Below are positions 8,294 through 16,919 of a stretch of 45,400 nt of DNA, in pieces. The notes beneath the pieces were generated by a model. It made no database searches and was not told the DNA's origin. It saw nothing but the letters and a program-made list of their open reading frames with translations. Numbering within the stretch: the stretch's first letter is position 1; each line of letters begins with the position of its first letter. This DNA is from an uncultured Acetobacteraceae bacterium (GTDB taxonomy: Bacteria > Pseudomonadota > Alphaproteobacteria > Acetobacterales > Acetobacteraceae), in NCBI GenBank assembly GCA_964657885.1, contig CAZZWO010000003.1, positions 1 to 45,400 on the forward strand. The letters run 5' to 3'. The translations under genes were made by a program, and so were the position numbers.

Positions 8294-9505
8294 ATGGTTC
8301 AGGCTGGCACGACGCAGAGGCGCCTGAGGTTGCGGGGCGGGCTGCTGGTGCGCTTCCTGCGCAGCGAGGCGGCAGGCGGCGCGCTGCTGATCGCCGCGTC
8401 GCTGGTGGCGCTGGTTTGGTCCAACTCGCCGGCCGCACCCTCGTACAGCCGGCTGCTCGACCAGCCGGTCGGGCCCGCCGGACACGGCCTGCCGGTGCAC
8501 ACGCTGGTCAACGACGCGCTGATGTCGCTGTTCTTCCTGCTGGCCGGGCTGGAAATCCGCCGCGAGATGACCCACGGCCGCCTCGCCACCCTGCGCGGCG
8601 CCGCAGCGCCGGCCATTGCCGCCATCGGTGGCATGGCGGTGCCGGCGCTGATCTTTCTCGGCCTGAACCACGGCCATGCGGCGAGCCTGCGTGGCTGGGC
8701 GGTGCCGGTGGCGACCGACATCGCGTTCTCGCTGGCCGTGCTGCGGGTGCTCGGCTCACGCGCCAGCTTTTCGCTGCGGGTGTTCCTGACGGCGCTCGCC
8801 ATCCTGGACGATCTCGGCGCCATCCTCGTCATCGCGCTGTTCTACACGGCCGGGCTTTCACCCTGGGCGTTGGGCGGGGCAGCCGTGCTGTGCGTCACGC
8901 TGTGGCTGCTGGCGCGTGGCCGCGTCCAGTCGTTGTGGCCCTATCTGCTGGGCGGCGCCGCACTGTGGCTGCTGGTGTTCAACAGCGGCGTGCACGCGAC
9001 CCTGGCCGGCGTGGCGCTCGCCTTCGTGGTGCCGGGGCGCCCGCGCGAGGATGGTCAGCCGCCCGCCGCCGACCGGCTGGAGCATGGGCTGGCGCCTTGG
9101 GTGGCCTACCTGATCCTGCCGGTGTTCGGACTCGCCAATGCCGGCCTCGACCTGCACGCGCTCTCCCCCTCGATCCTGGTCTCGCCCGGGCCGCTCGGCG
9201 TGGTGCTGGGGCTGTTCATCGGCAAGCAGGCAGGGGTGTTCGGCGCGACGCTGCTGGGGCGGCGCCTCGGCCTGCTGCGCCTGCCCGCACAGATGGGCGT
9301 CGCCGAGCTGTACGGCGCGGCTCTGCTGTGCGGCATCGGCTTCACCATGAGCCTGTTCATCGGCGACCTCGCCTTCCGTGGCACCGCGTTGCACGACGGC
9401 ATCAAGCTCGCGGTGTTCTGCGGCTCCGTGCTGTCGGCGATTGCGGGCATGATCGTCCTGGCGACATTCGGCCGCGCGCGGGACGGCGAGAGCCCGGCGG
9501 TCTAG
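8294..9505 (+). CDS. nhaA: Na+/H+ antiporter NhaA
   Basis: VNDALMSLFF, GLEIRRE, GWAVPVATDIAF, LAILDDLGAI, SGVHATLAG, GKQAG and LCGIGFTMSLFI. Confidence 0.96.
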   Translation: MVQAGTTQRRLRLRGGLLVRFLRSEAAGGALLIAASLVALVWSNSPAAPSYSRLLDQPVGPAGHGLPVHTLVNDALMSLFFLLAGLEIRREMTHGRLATLRGAAAPAIAAIGGMAVPALIFLGLNHGHAASLRGWAVPVATDIAFSLAVLRVLGSRASFSLRVFLTALAILDDLGAILVIALFYTAGLSPWALGGAAVLCVTLWLLARGRVQSLWPYLLGGAALWLLVFNSGVHATLAGVALAFVVPGRPREDGQPPAADRLEHGLAPWVAYLILPVFGLANAGLDLHALSPSILVSPGPLGVVLGLFIGKQAGVFGATLLGRRLGLLRLPAQMGVAELYGAALLCGIGFTMSLFIGDLAFRGTALHDGIKLAVFCGSVLSAIAGMIVLATFGRARDGESPAV

Positions 9506-10320
9506 CGGCGGAGCACGTACGCCCGGCCATCCCACAGTCGGAATGGGCGCTCTCCACACACCTCGATGGTGAACCCGAACTCATCGGCCCAGGTATGGAG
9601 GCGCGCGCTGTCCGCGCCTGCATCGGCCGAATAGGAAAGGTTGAAGATCGCCAGCACGCCGCCGGGCCGCAGCACCCTTGCCGCGAAGCTCGCGTGGAGC
9701 CCGGCGATGCCGGCTTCCACGAGATAGGGGAAGCTGTCCACGGCGAGCACCACATCGAGGCTCCCGGCCGGCAGGTCCGGCGGCTGGCCGTCGGTCACCG
9801 AGAAACGCAGGTTTGCCACGTTGCCGTGCCGCCGCTGCGCCTCGGCGATCATCCCCGCCGACACATCGATCCCAAGCACGAGGCCGGCATGCGGTGCCAG
9901 GGCCGCGGCCACCCGGCCGATGCCGCAGCCCAGATCGAGCACGCGGTCGCCTGCACGCACGAAATTGCCGGCGAGCAGCCATTCGACCAGCTCACGCGTG
10001 GCGCGGGCCAGCAGCGCCGGGTCGTTCAGCGCGTAGGCGGCAACGCTCGCTTCCGGCGCCGCTGCAACCGCACGGTCGAACATGGTGGCGATTGCCTGGA
10101 CGTCCTGGGCGCGATCGTGGTTGACGCGGGCGCCGTCGAGCATGTTCGCGACGATGTCGAGGTTGCGGCGATGCTGCTGGAACAGTTGCCCGAGCTCCGA
10201 GCCGGGCCGCAACAGGGGCGCGATATCCGCGGCTTTGAAGCCGGCGAGCAGCAATTGCGCCAGGGCGGTCTCCGGTGAGATATGGCCGGCTTCGCACAGG
10301 GCGATAGGGTCCGGTTTCAA
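9502..10320 (-). CDS. Class I SAM-dependent methyltransferase
   Basis: VLDLGCGIGR, GIDVS..MI and RVLRPGG. TTG start overlaps the GNAT stop. Confidence 0.9.
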   Translation of the reverse strand: MKPDPIALCEAGHISPETALAQLLLAGFKAADIAPLLRPGSELGQLFQQHRRNLDIVANMLDGARVNHDRAQDVQAIATMFDRAVAAAPEASVAAYALNDPALLARATRELVEWLLAGNFVRAGDRVLDLGCGIGRVAAALAPHAGLVLGIDVSAGMIAEAQRRHGNVANLRFSVTDGQPPDLPAGSLDVVLAVDSFPYLVEAGIAGLHASFAARVLRPGGVLAIFNLSYSADAGADSARLHTWADEFGFTIEVCGERPFRLWDGRAYVLRR

Positions 10321-11321
10321 CCGCGCACCAGGTGCAAGGTCGCATTGTGCCGGTCCACACCACCCCAGGAATATTTGTAGGGTTCGTTACCGCGCAGGAA
10401 GTTGACCTCGCGCACGCCGTCGCGCATTGCCGTGTTGATCACCTCGCCGAGCAGCACCGAGGCCGGGCTGCAGAACGCGTGTGCCGCGGAAAACCCGCTC
10501 ATATACAGCAGCAGACGCGAACCGGTACGAAAAGCCAGGTAAGCCGCGGCAACATCCGCCCCGATGCGCAACACCGGCAGCAACAGCACCCCCTCGCGGT
10601 GCAGGCCGGCCGCGGCCTCGGCCAATGTGGCGCCGACCCGGCGATCGGCCAGCACGCCGCCGGGTTCGGCACGCGCGGTCCAGCGCGCCTCATGCATGGC
10701 GAAAAGCTGCCGCAACACGTCTTGCAGATTGCCGCTGCCGGCGAGTTCGAACGTCGCGCCGCCGGCGCGTTTTGCGCGGTTCCGGTTCAAGCGCAGCAGG
10801 CGGCTCGTCGCAGCCGAGACAAGGCCCCGCACATCGATTTCGGCAGCCGGAAGCGGCAAGACCGGGCAGGGCTCGCCCCGATGCAGGCTGGATATCCAAC
10901 CCTCCGGGCTCGCGGCGTCGCGCAGACGGGCATCCGGCGGAAGGTCGATCATGTCGCAAACGTCGACGTCCGGCGCGGCCCTCAGTACGGCAGCCAGCAA
11001 TCGCGTGGCCGCGTCGGCAGGAGCGCCGGGCGCGATCAACGCGTCGAGCATGTCGCTGAGCCCGGCGCCGATCGGCAGCAGCTTGCGACCGGCCGGCTCA
11101 TCGAGCACGTAGGCTGGCAACAGGCCGATCATCCTGTCCGCATCACGGAGAACGCCGATCACGGGCCGGCCGGTGCCGAACTGGCGCCACCAGGATAATT
11201 GCCAATCGGGGCTCTGGAACGGTGATTTATCCGGCAGGGCACGCCACAGGCTGCGCCACTCTCCGGCGAGCGCGTGCAGGCGGGACTCGGTGGTGATGCA
11301 GTCGAGGCTGAGTGTCGTCAC
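10317..11321 (-). CDS. GNAT acyltransferase, CelD/BcsL-like
   Basis: W..LW...PFQSPDW...WW at the N-terminus; SP..VLL and F LRGNEPYKYSWG at the C-terminus. Confidence 0.85.
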   Translation of the reverse strand: MTTLSLDCITTESRLHALAGEWRSLWRALPDKSPFQSPDWQLSWWRQFGTGRPVIGVLRDADRMIGLLPAYVLDEPAGRKLLPIGAGLSDMLDALIAPGAPADAATRLLAAVLRAAPDVDVCDMIDLPPDARLRDAASPEGWISSLHRGEPCPVLPLPAAEIDVRGLVSAATSRLLRLNRNRAKRAGGATFELAGSGNLQDVLRQLFAMHEARWTARAEPGGVLADRRVGATLAEAAAGLHREGVLLLPVLRIGADVAAAYLAFRTGSRLLLYMSGFSAAHAFCSPASVLLGEVINTAMRDGVREVNFLRGNEPYKYSWGGVDRHNATLHLVRG

Positions 11322-12370
11322 GCGACACAGGCGGCGCTATCCGCCAGCATCCGGTAATGGTCAAAATAGCCGGTCACCATGCGCTCGTGCGAGAAGCGTT
11401 CGCGCGCGACGCGCCTGCAGGTTTCACGATCTAACTCATTCACCCGCCGCATGGCGCGGGCCATTCCGGAAACCGAATCAACCAGGAAACCGGTGCGCCC
11501 GTCCTCCACGATATCGGCAAGCGCGCCTGATTTATAGGCCACGACCGGGGTGCCGCAGGCGGCCGCTTCCATGGCGACGAGCGAGCTGGTTTCCGGTGCG
11601 AGACTGGGGATGAGCACGCAGCCGGCCGCGCTCAGCAGCCGGCGTTTGCGGGCGAAATCCAGCGGGCCAAGGAAGCGCCGGCGCCGGTCCAGCATTGGTG
11701 CGACCCGCGACGCGAAGTATTCCTGGTGCTCCGTATAGGGGAATACCGCCCCGCCCAGCAGCAAAGCCTGGTTCGCCTCATGGGCGGCGGCGAGTGCCAG
11801 GTGCTGGCCTTTCTCGGGACAGATGCGGCCCAGCATCAACGCAAACCCGCGCCTGCCGTGTCGTGCGGCGGACAGTGCCGCGACGTCGACGCCGTTCGGG
11901 ACCGGCGGCTGAAGATGCAGGCCGGCCGGACAGGCTTCCTGTTGTGAACGGGAAACACAATGCATCCGAACGCCCGGCCGGTCGGTCAGGCCGCCATACC
12001 AGCCGGGTGGCAGGTGCAAGGTGACGAGCGTGGGCGGATGTGCCGCGGGCAAGGTGTCCGCAAAATCCAATCCGTGCATGTGCAGCACGTCGACCTTGTG
12101 TTCCCTGAGCGCACGATGCACCGCTTCGCGTGTAGCCGCTTGTGCGCGCCTGCGGGCCAGTTCATCGACCGTGGCGGACGGTTCGATGCCGGTGCTTTCC
12201 AGGATACCGGCGGCGGTGCTTCCCTCGCACGCGACCACGATCGAATTGTGCCCTGCTGCGACCAGCGCCCGATCCAACGTGGACAGCACCTGCTCGGCGC
12301 CGCCCACCGCATCCGGACCGGCCGGCGCCAGAGAGTACGCGACACTCAGAACGGTCAGGCGCCTCTGCAT
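11318..12370 (-). CDS. Glycosyltransferase family 4
   Basis: GGAEQV, PNGVD, GRICPEKG and PETSSLVAMEAAACGTPVV. ATG 12370 follows GAAGGA; the ORF-track start overlaps the upstream gene. Confidence 0.9.
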   Translation of the reverse strand: MQRRLTVLSVAYSLAPAGPDAVGGAEQVLSTLDRALVAAGHNSIVVACEGSTAAGILESTGIEPSATVDELARRRAQAATREAVHRALREHKVDVLHMHGLDFADTLPAAHPPTLVTLHLPPGWYGGLTDRPGVRMHCVSRSQQEACPAGLHLQPPVPNGVDVAALSAARHGRRGFALMLGRICPEKGQHLALAAAHEANQALLLGGAVFPYTEHQEYFASRVAPMLDRRRRFLGPLDFARKRRLLSAAGCVLIPSLAPETSSLVAMEAAACGTPVVAYKSGALADIVEDGRTGFLVDSVSGMARAMRRVNELDRETCRRVARERFSHERMVTGYFDHYRMLADSAACVA

Positions 12371-12408
12371 ATTCCTTCGATCTATCCGGTGCGACGGCAC
12401 TTCGCGGC

Positions 12409-13338
12409 TTAGTCGGCAGGCTCCGCATAGACGCGCGGCGCCGACACCCGGCCCGGTGCGTAGCGGCGGATCATCGTCGCGCAGAACTCCGCGAACTCCT
12501 CCGGGTCGCGCGGCGGGCTGGTATGATGCGCCCAAAGCCCGCGGTCTTCCGGGGTGAAGCAGAACGTGACTGTCACGTCGAACTCGTCCAGCGCACGCAT
12601 TTGCCGGTCGAACCACGCCTCGGCACCGGGCCGCAACCAATCGGCCCAGCTCAGACCGGTGCGGAGGTAGCTGACGCCCATGTCGCGCATCAGGCGCACC
12701 GCGTCGGCCAGCCGGTGATCCTCATAGTGGAACCACTGACACAAGCCGATCTCCGGCGTGTAATCCGCGAAATGCCTTGCCGCGAGCTTGGGTTTCCCTT
12801 GCTCGTCGTAGAGGCCCATGTGGAAGTGCCTGTAATAGGACGAGCCCTCGGCCTCACGGTGGCGGGTGGTTGCCGGCCATGCTGCCGGCAGATCGTACAG
12901 GCTGTACCAGTGGATGCGTGGCGCCTGCCCGATCAACAGCTCGGCGGTGCGCTTCAACCCCCATTCCTGCACCTCCTCCGCGCCGAACGTGGATACGCCG
13001 ACTTCCGAGACCCACACCGGCAGGTTCGTCATGCCGCGGATCGACTGCAGCTTTTCCGGCCACTCGTTCAGCAGCCAATGGTTCCAATCCATCGGGAAAC
13101 CGTGCACGGCCACCGCGTCGAGGTGCTCCATCACGCCCTGGCTTTCGAGCACGCGGAGGAAGTCCGGATCGATCGGCGACATGCCGCCGAGGACACGCGG
13201 CAGGCCTGGAGCTTCGGCGGCGATCGCCTGCCCCGCCAGCTTCGTCATGCGCGCGAAAATCTGCCAGCCGGGATCCGCTTCGAGATCCCAATGCGACTTG
13301 TTGTTGGGTTCGTTCCAGATCATTGCGGCTTCGATCAT
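12409..13338 (-). CDS. Clan GH-A glycoside hydrolase-like protein ('beta-xylosidase'-type), apparently circularly permuted
   Basis: WNEP at residues 8-11 (acid/base E10), HGFP, and VWVSEVG (nucleophile E112). GVSYLRTGLSW and PPRDPEEFAEF lie C-terminally. Confidence 0.8.
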   Translation of the reverse strand: MIEAAMIWNEPNNKSHWDLEADPGWQIFARMTKLAGQAIAAEAPGLPRVLGGMSPIDPDFLRVLESQGVMEHLDAVAVHGFPMDWNHWLLNEWPEKLQSIRGMTNLPVWVSEVGVSTFGAEEVQEWGLKRTAELLIGQAPRIHWYSLYDLPAAWPATTRHREAEGSSYYRHFHMGLYDEQGKPKLAARHFADYTPEIGLCQWFHYEDHRLADAVRLMRDMGVSYLRTGLSWADWLRPGAEAWFDRQMRALDEFDVTVTFCFTPEDRGLWAHHTSPPRDPEEFAEFCATMIRRYAPGRVSAPRVYAEPAD

Positions 13339-14108
13339 GACCGCGCGCTCCTGGCCGGGTACACCGCGCCGTAATCGCCGGTCTCCCGCGCGATATGTCT
13401 GCAGATGAACATCTCTTCTTCCGGGTGGCTGATGATCCGGTATCCGGCGCTACGCAGCATGGCCGCCGAGCATGCACGGTTGGGCGCCCACCAGTTGGTG
13501 CAATCATGGGCGTAGTCATGTTCGATGAAGTGCATTTTCGGATAGCCGGGATCGTTGAAATGATCCTGTTCCCAGAACTCGTAGTCGGCCTTGACTTCGG
13601 CGACATCGTCGCTGCCGCGCTGCATCGACTGGAACACCAGCAGATCGCGCGTCACATGCTCATGCACCAGGTCGAGCGCCAGCAAGGGGTGGCGGAGGTG
13701 ATAAAGCACACCGATGAAGAACACGATATCGAAGCGCTCGCCGAGCATGCCGACGTCGTACACCGACATCTTGCGAAACTCGATGTCCAGGCCTTCGACT
13801 TCGGCCGCGAAGCGTGCCTGGTTGAGGTAATCCTCGTCGAAGTCAATGCCCAGAACGCGCGCGGCGCCGCGCCGCTTCATCTCCATGGCGTAGAACCCGC
13901 CATTGCATCCGATGTCCAGGACCGATTGTCCGGTGAGGTCCTGCGGGATATCGGCCGAGAAGCGCTGCCATTTCACGCTCGGAAAATCACCGAGGAAATG
14001 GTCGGGTGCGGTCCGGACGCCTTTCAGGTCCAGGTTATGGAACCAGGGTCCGAGCGATTCGGCACGTTCGCGGATGGCCGCCTCGGTCCATATGACAGTA
14101 TCGTCCAA
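13335..14108 (-). CDS. SAM-dependent methyltransferase, TIGR04290-like (CmoB/DUF1698-related)
   Basis: GPWFHNLDL.GV.TAPDHFLGDFP, VLDIGCNGGFY, GVLYHLRHPLLALD and TNWW.PN. TTG start at 14108 with AGGAGG upstream. Confidence 0.85.
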   Translation of the reverse strand: MDDTVIWTEAAIRERAESLGPWFHNLDLKGVRTAPDHFLGDFPSVKWQRFSADIPQDLTGQSVLDIGCNGGFYAMEMKRRGAARVLGIDFDEDYLNQARFAAEVEGLDIEFRKMSVYDVGMLGERFDIVFFIGVLYHLRHPLLALDLVHEHVTRDLLVFQSMQRGSDDVAEVKADYEFWEQDHFNDPGYPKMHFIEHDYAHDCTNWWAPNRACSAAMLRSAGYRIISHPEEEMFICRHIARETGDYGAVYPARSARS

Positions 14109-14109
14109 G

Positions 14110-14868
14110 CTATGCCTCCTGCCGGCTCGCGGCCGATGCCGGTTCCGTCTGGCCGAGCAGATGCACTGCCTGCCGGTAACCGTGCAACGTGCCGACATCG
14201 ACGTAATGCCGTCCCGCACGCACTCCGAAAGCCTCGCCGCCCTGTGCCAGCCAGGCGTTCACCAACGTCCCGATGTACTCGTCGGTGCAGTCGCGCGCAC
14301 GCCATAAGCGGTGCAGATCGTGCAGCATATGCCCGGGCAGCTTGAATGCGCCCCAGATCCAGCCGGTGCCGGCATCCGCGGATTTCACCACGATGCGCTG
14401 CACGCGCCCGTCTTCATCCGTCTGCACGGCGTCGAACAATTCGGGATGTTCGACCGGGAACAGCAGGAAACTGAAGCGGTCGTCCGGCAAGCCGGCCAGC
14501 GCGTCGGCGGGAAACCAGATGGTGTCGGGAAGACCCACCACCACCGGCTCGCCGGGCGGGATCAGCGTGGCCGCGCGGAAGATGGCGTCGCACAGGCCGC
14601 TCGGTGAATCCTGGATGACATAGGCGAAGGCGACGTCGCCGATCGAACCGCCGAAATACGTCAGGATATCGGACTTCGACGGTGAGATCACGAAGCACAG
14701 CTTTTCGACGCCGGCGCGCGCCATCCGCTCGACAAGGTATTCGCTGACCGCGCGTGGCCGCTCGACACCGTTTGTGTCCAGCCGGCTGCCGACGGGCAGA
14801 AGCTCCTTCGAGAATGCCAACGGCTGGATGCGGGTGCCATGCCCGGCCGCGGGAATGATGCCCCACAT
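14110..14868 (-). CDS. Sugar-phosphate nucleotidyltransferase (RmlA/GalU-like)
   Basis: GIIPAAGHGTRIQPLAFSKELLPV, Q..P.GL.DA, LPDT and YVDVGT. Confidence 0.9.
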   Translation of the reverse strand: MWGIIPAAGHGTRIQPLAFSKELLPVGSRLDTNGVERPRAVSEYLVERMARAGVEKLCFVISPSKSDILTYFGGSIGDVAFAYVIQDSPSGLCDAIFRAATLIPPGEPVVVGLPDTIWFPADALAGLPDDRFSFLLFPVEHPELFDAVQTDEDGRVQRIVVKSADAGTGWIWGAFKLPGHMLHDLHRLWRARDCTDEYIGTLVNAWLAQGGEAFGVRAGRHYVDVGTLHGYRQAVHLLGQTEPASAASRQEA

Positions 14869-14873
14869 CGGCG

Positions 14874-15959
14874 TCAGGCTCCCACCGCTTCGGTCTGCAG
14901 CAGATCGATCAACGTGCGCGCCCGGTGCTCGGCGGTATGCTCGGCCAGCACGCGGTCGCGGGCGCGCCGTGCCATCGCCACCAGCGCATCCGGCGATGTT
15001 TCGAGCGCCGCCATCGCTTCTTCGGTGCCTGACGCCAAGAGCAGTTCCCGCCCCGGCTCAAAGAAGTTCTCCAGACCCTGCCAGGCATCGCTCAGGATCG
15101 GGGTGCCGCAGGCGGCCGCTTCGAACAACCGGCCAGACGGGCACCAGCCCATGCGCGCCATCGCCGCCCGGGTCACGTTCAGCGTCATGCGGGACGAACT
15201 GTAGAAGGCCGGGTGTTCCGCCGGCGGCAGGTGACGCACGAAGAAGATGTTGTCGGTCCAAGGAAAATCCGCCGGGTATTGCGCGCCGCCAATCACGAAA
15301 CGCTTCCCGGGCAAGCGCCTTGCCGGGCCTACGAACAGGCGCTCCAGCGTGGCCTGCCGATCGGCGGCATAGGTGCCCAGATACGAACAATCGGCGCGGT
15401 AACGGGCCTGCGCCGGCACAGCGCGATACACTGCCGGATCGGCCCAGCCGTAGAACGGCACCGCATGCCGTGCGCCGAGCTGCGTCCGCAACGCATCCAG
15501 CGCGCCGCCGCCCGTGTAACTCAACACGAGGTCGAACCCTGCAAGGCCGTCCGCTCCGACATACGGAACATCATGCCCCGCCGCCAGCCGGTCCAAGGTG
15601 ACCGGCGTGTCCAGGTCGTAGAAGCACCGTGCCCGCGCGCGGCTGCCCAGCACCATCGAGGTCGCGGCGATGCCGTCCGGGCAGAACGAGGTGACCAGAG
15701 CGGCATCCGCTGCATCGGCCTCGCGCTGCGCAAAGGCGGCGATGTCGGCCCACTCCCGATAAAGCGTCAACGTCGCGCGCGGGCCGAACTCGCCGAAATC
15801 CGCGAGGTCGCGGTTCTCGGCGTAATAGGGCACGTCGCGCTCGAAGAAATCGACCGTGTGGCCCTGCTGAACGAGCGCCGATATGAGGCTACGCCACAGC
15901 GTCGCGTGACCGTTGCCCCACGAAGAACTGACCGCAAGGCCGAAGATGACCAGCTTCAC
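14874..15959 (-). CDS. CgeB-family glycosyltransferase
   Basis: SSSWGNGHAT, YDLDTPVT, YLGTYA.DRQ, TLNVTR and PSGRLFEAAACG. GTG start at 15959 is inferred. Confidence 0.88.
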   Translation of the reverse strand: MKLVIFGLAVSSSWGNGHATLWRSLISALVQQGHTVDFFERDVPYYAENRDLADFGEFGPRATLTLYREWADIAAFAQREADAADAALVTSFCPDGIAATSMVLGSRARARCFYDLDTPVTLDRLAAGHDVPYVGADGLAGFDLVLSYTGGGALDALRTQLGARHAVPFYGWADPAVYRAVPAQARYRADCSYLGTYAADRQATLERLFVGPARRLPGKRFVIGGAQYPADFPWTDNIFFVRHLPPAEHPAFYSSSRMTLNVTRAAMARMGWCPSGRLFEAAACGTPILSDAWQGLENFFEPGRELLLASGTEEAMAALETSPDALVAMARRARDRVLAEHTAEHRARTLIDLLQTEAVGA

Positions 15960-16007
15960 GGCTGCTCGGCTGCACAGGCAGGGTTTGAACGGCAAGGCGG
16001 GTTCGAT

Positions 16008-16775
16008 CTACACACGCAACCGGGAACGATCATTTGCACAGGGCGGTTTCATCAAACCCGCCGTCAGCAGGACGGCTACCTCATCGAGACTGCCCACGAT
16101 TGCATCGCACCATCCCCGGCTGTCGATGCAGGGGGGCACGGCATCCGGAACCATCACCACCATCAGCCCGGCGGCATGCGCTGCCTGCACGCCGTGGCGT
16201 GAATCCTCGACGGCGAGGCAGTCTTCCGGAGCCAGGCCGAGCAGTTCGACGGCCAGGGTGAAACTGTCCGGGGCGGGCTTGCCTCGCCCCACGTCGTCGC
16301 GCGACACCACTGCCGCGAACCGGCCGGAAAGGCCCGCCATGGCCAAATGCCGGGCGGCCGTGCGAGCGCTCGCCGAGGTGGCGATGGCAGAAGCCATGCC
16401 GGCCTTCGCCAGTGTGTCCAGCAGGAGGTGCACACCCGGCTTCAGCGCGACCGTTTCGCCCATCAGCAAGGATCGGCAGCGGTAATAGGCCTCGAAGAAC
16501 TCGACGGCCGGGAAGGTGTCGCCAAGCAGGTCCGGCAGCAGGCGCCGCCGCGCGGTGCTCGGCAACCCGATCAACCCGTCATAGATTTTCGCCGGAACCG
16601 TCCAGCCGATTGCGGCCGCTGCCACCATGAAAGCCGCTCGATACACGCCTTCGGTGTCCAGCAGCGTTCCATCCAGGTCGAACACGATACCGCGTGGAAC
16701 CCTGGGAAGCCGCTGGACTTCGGCAACCCGCTCGCTTCCGGAGCTACTGGCCAGCCCGGCTCCATGATCATCCAT
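16008..16775 (-). CDS. HAD-superfamily phosphatase (CbbY/beta-PGM-like)
   Basis: FDLDGTLLD, ATS, GKPAPD and EDSRHG motifs. Start uncertain; 16775 was chosen because it lies downstream of the candidate promoter. Confidence 0.88.
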   Translation of the reverse strand: MDDHGAGLASSSGSERVAEVQRLPRVPRGIVFDLDGTLLDTEGVYRAAFMVAAAAIGWTVPAKIYDGLIGLPSTARRRLLPDLLGDTFPAVEFFEAYYRCRSLLMGETVALKPGVHLLLDTLAKAGMASAIATSASARTAARHLAMAGLSGRFAAVVSRDDVGRGKPAPDSFTLAVELLGLAPEDCLAVEDSRHGVQAAHAAGLMVVMVPDAVPPCIDSRGWCDAIVGSLDEVAVLLTAGLMKPPCANDRSRLRV

Positions 16776-16803
16776 CCACGCCCGCGCCCGTCGAATTGTT
16801 TGT

Positions 16804-16833
16804 TGGAACCGGTCGCGAGGGGTGCCGGTTCCA
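16804..16833. promoter_or_regulatory. Candidate EcfG promoter heading the HAD-CgeB...methyltransferase operon (palindromic)
   Basis: TGGAACCGG-N12-CCGGTTCCA gives GGAAC-N17-GGTT on both strands. There is no U-tract, so a terminator is less likely. Confidence 0.6.
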
Positions 16834-16919
16834 TCACGCGGCGCGTTATTCGACACGCGTTCTGCAGCCGCACAACAGGCGCCGGACGCATCGTGCGGCC
16901 GGCGCCCCCGTCCAGCCGC

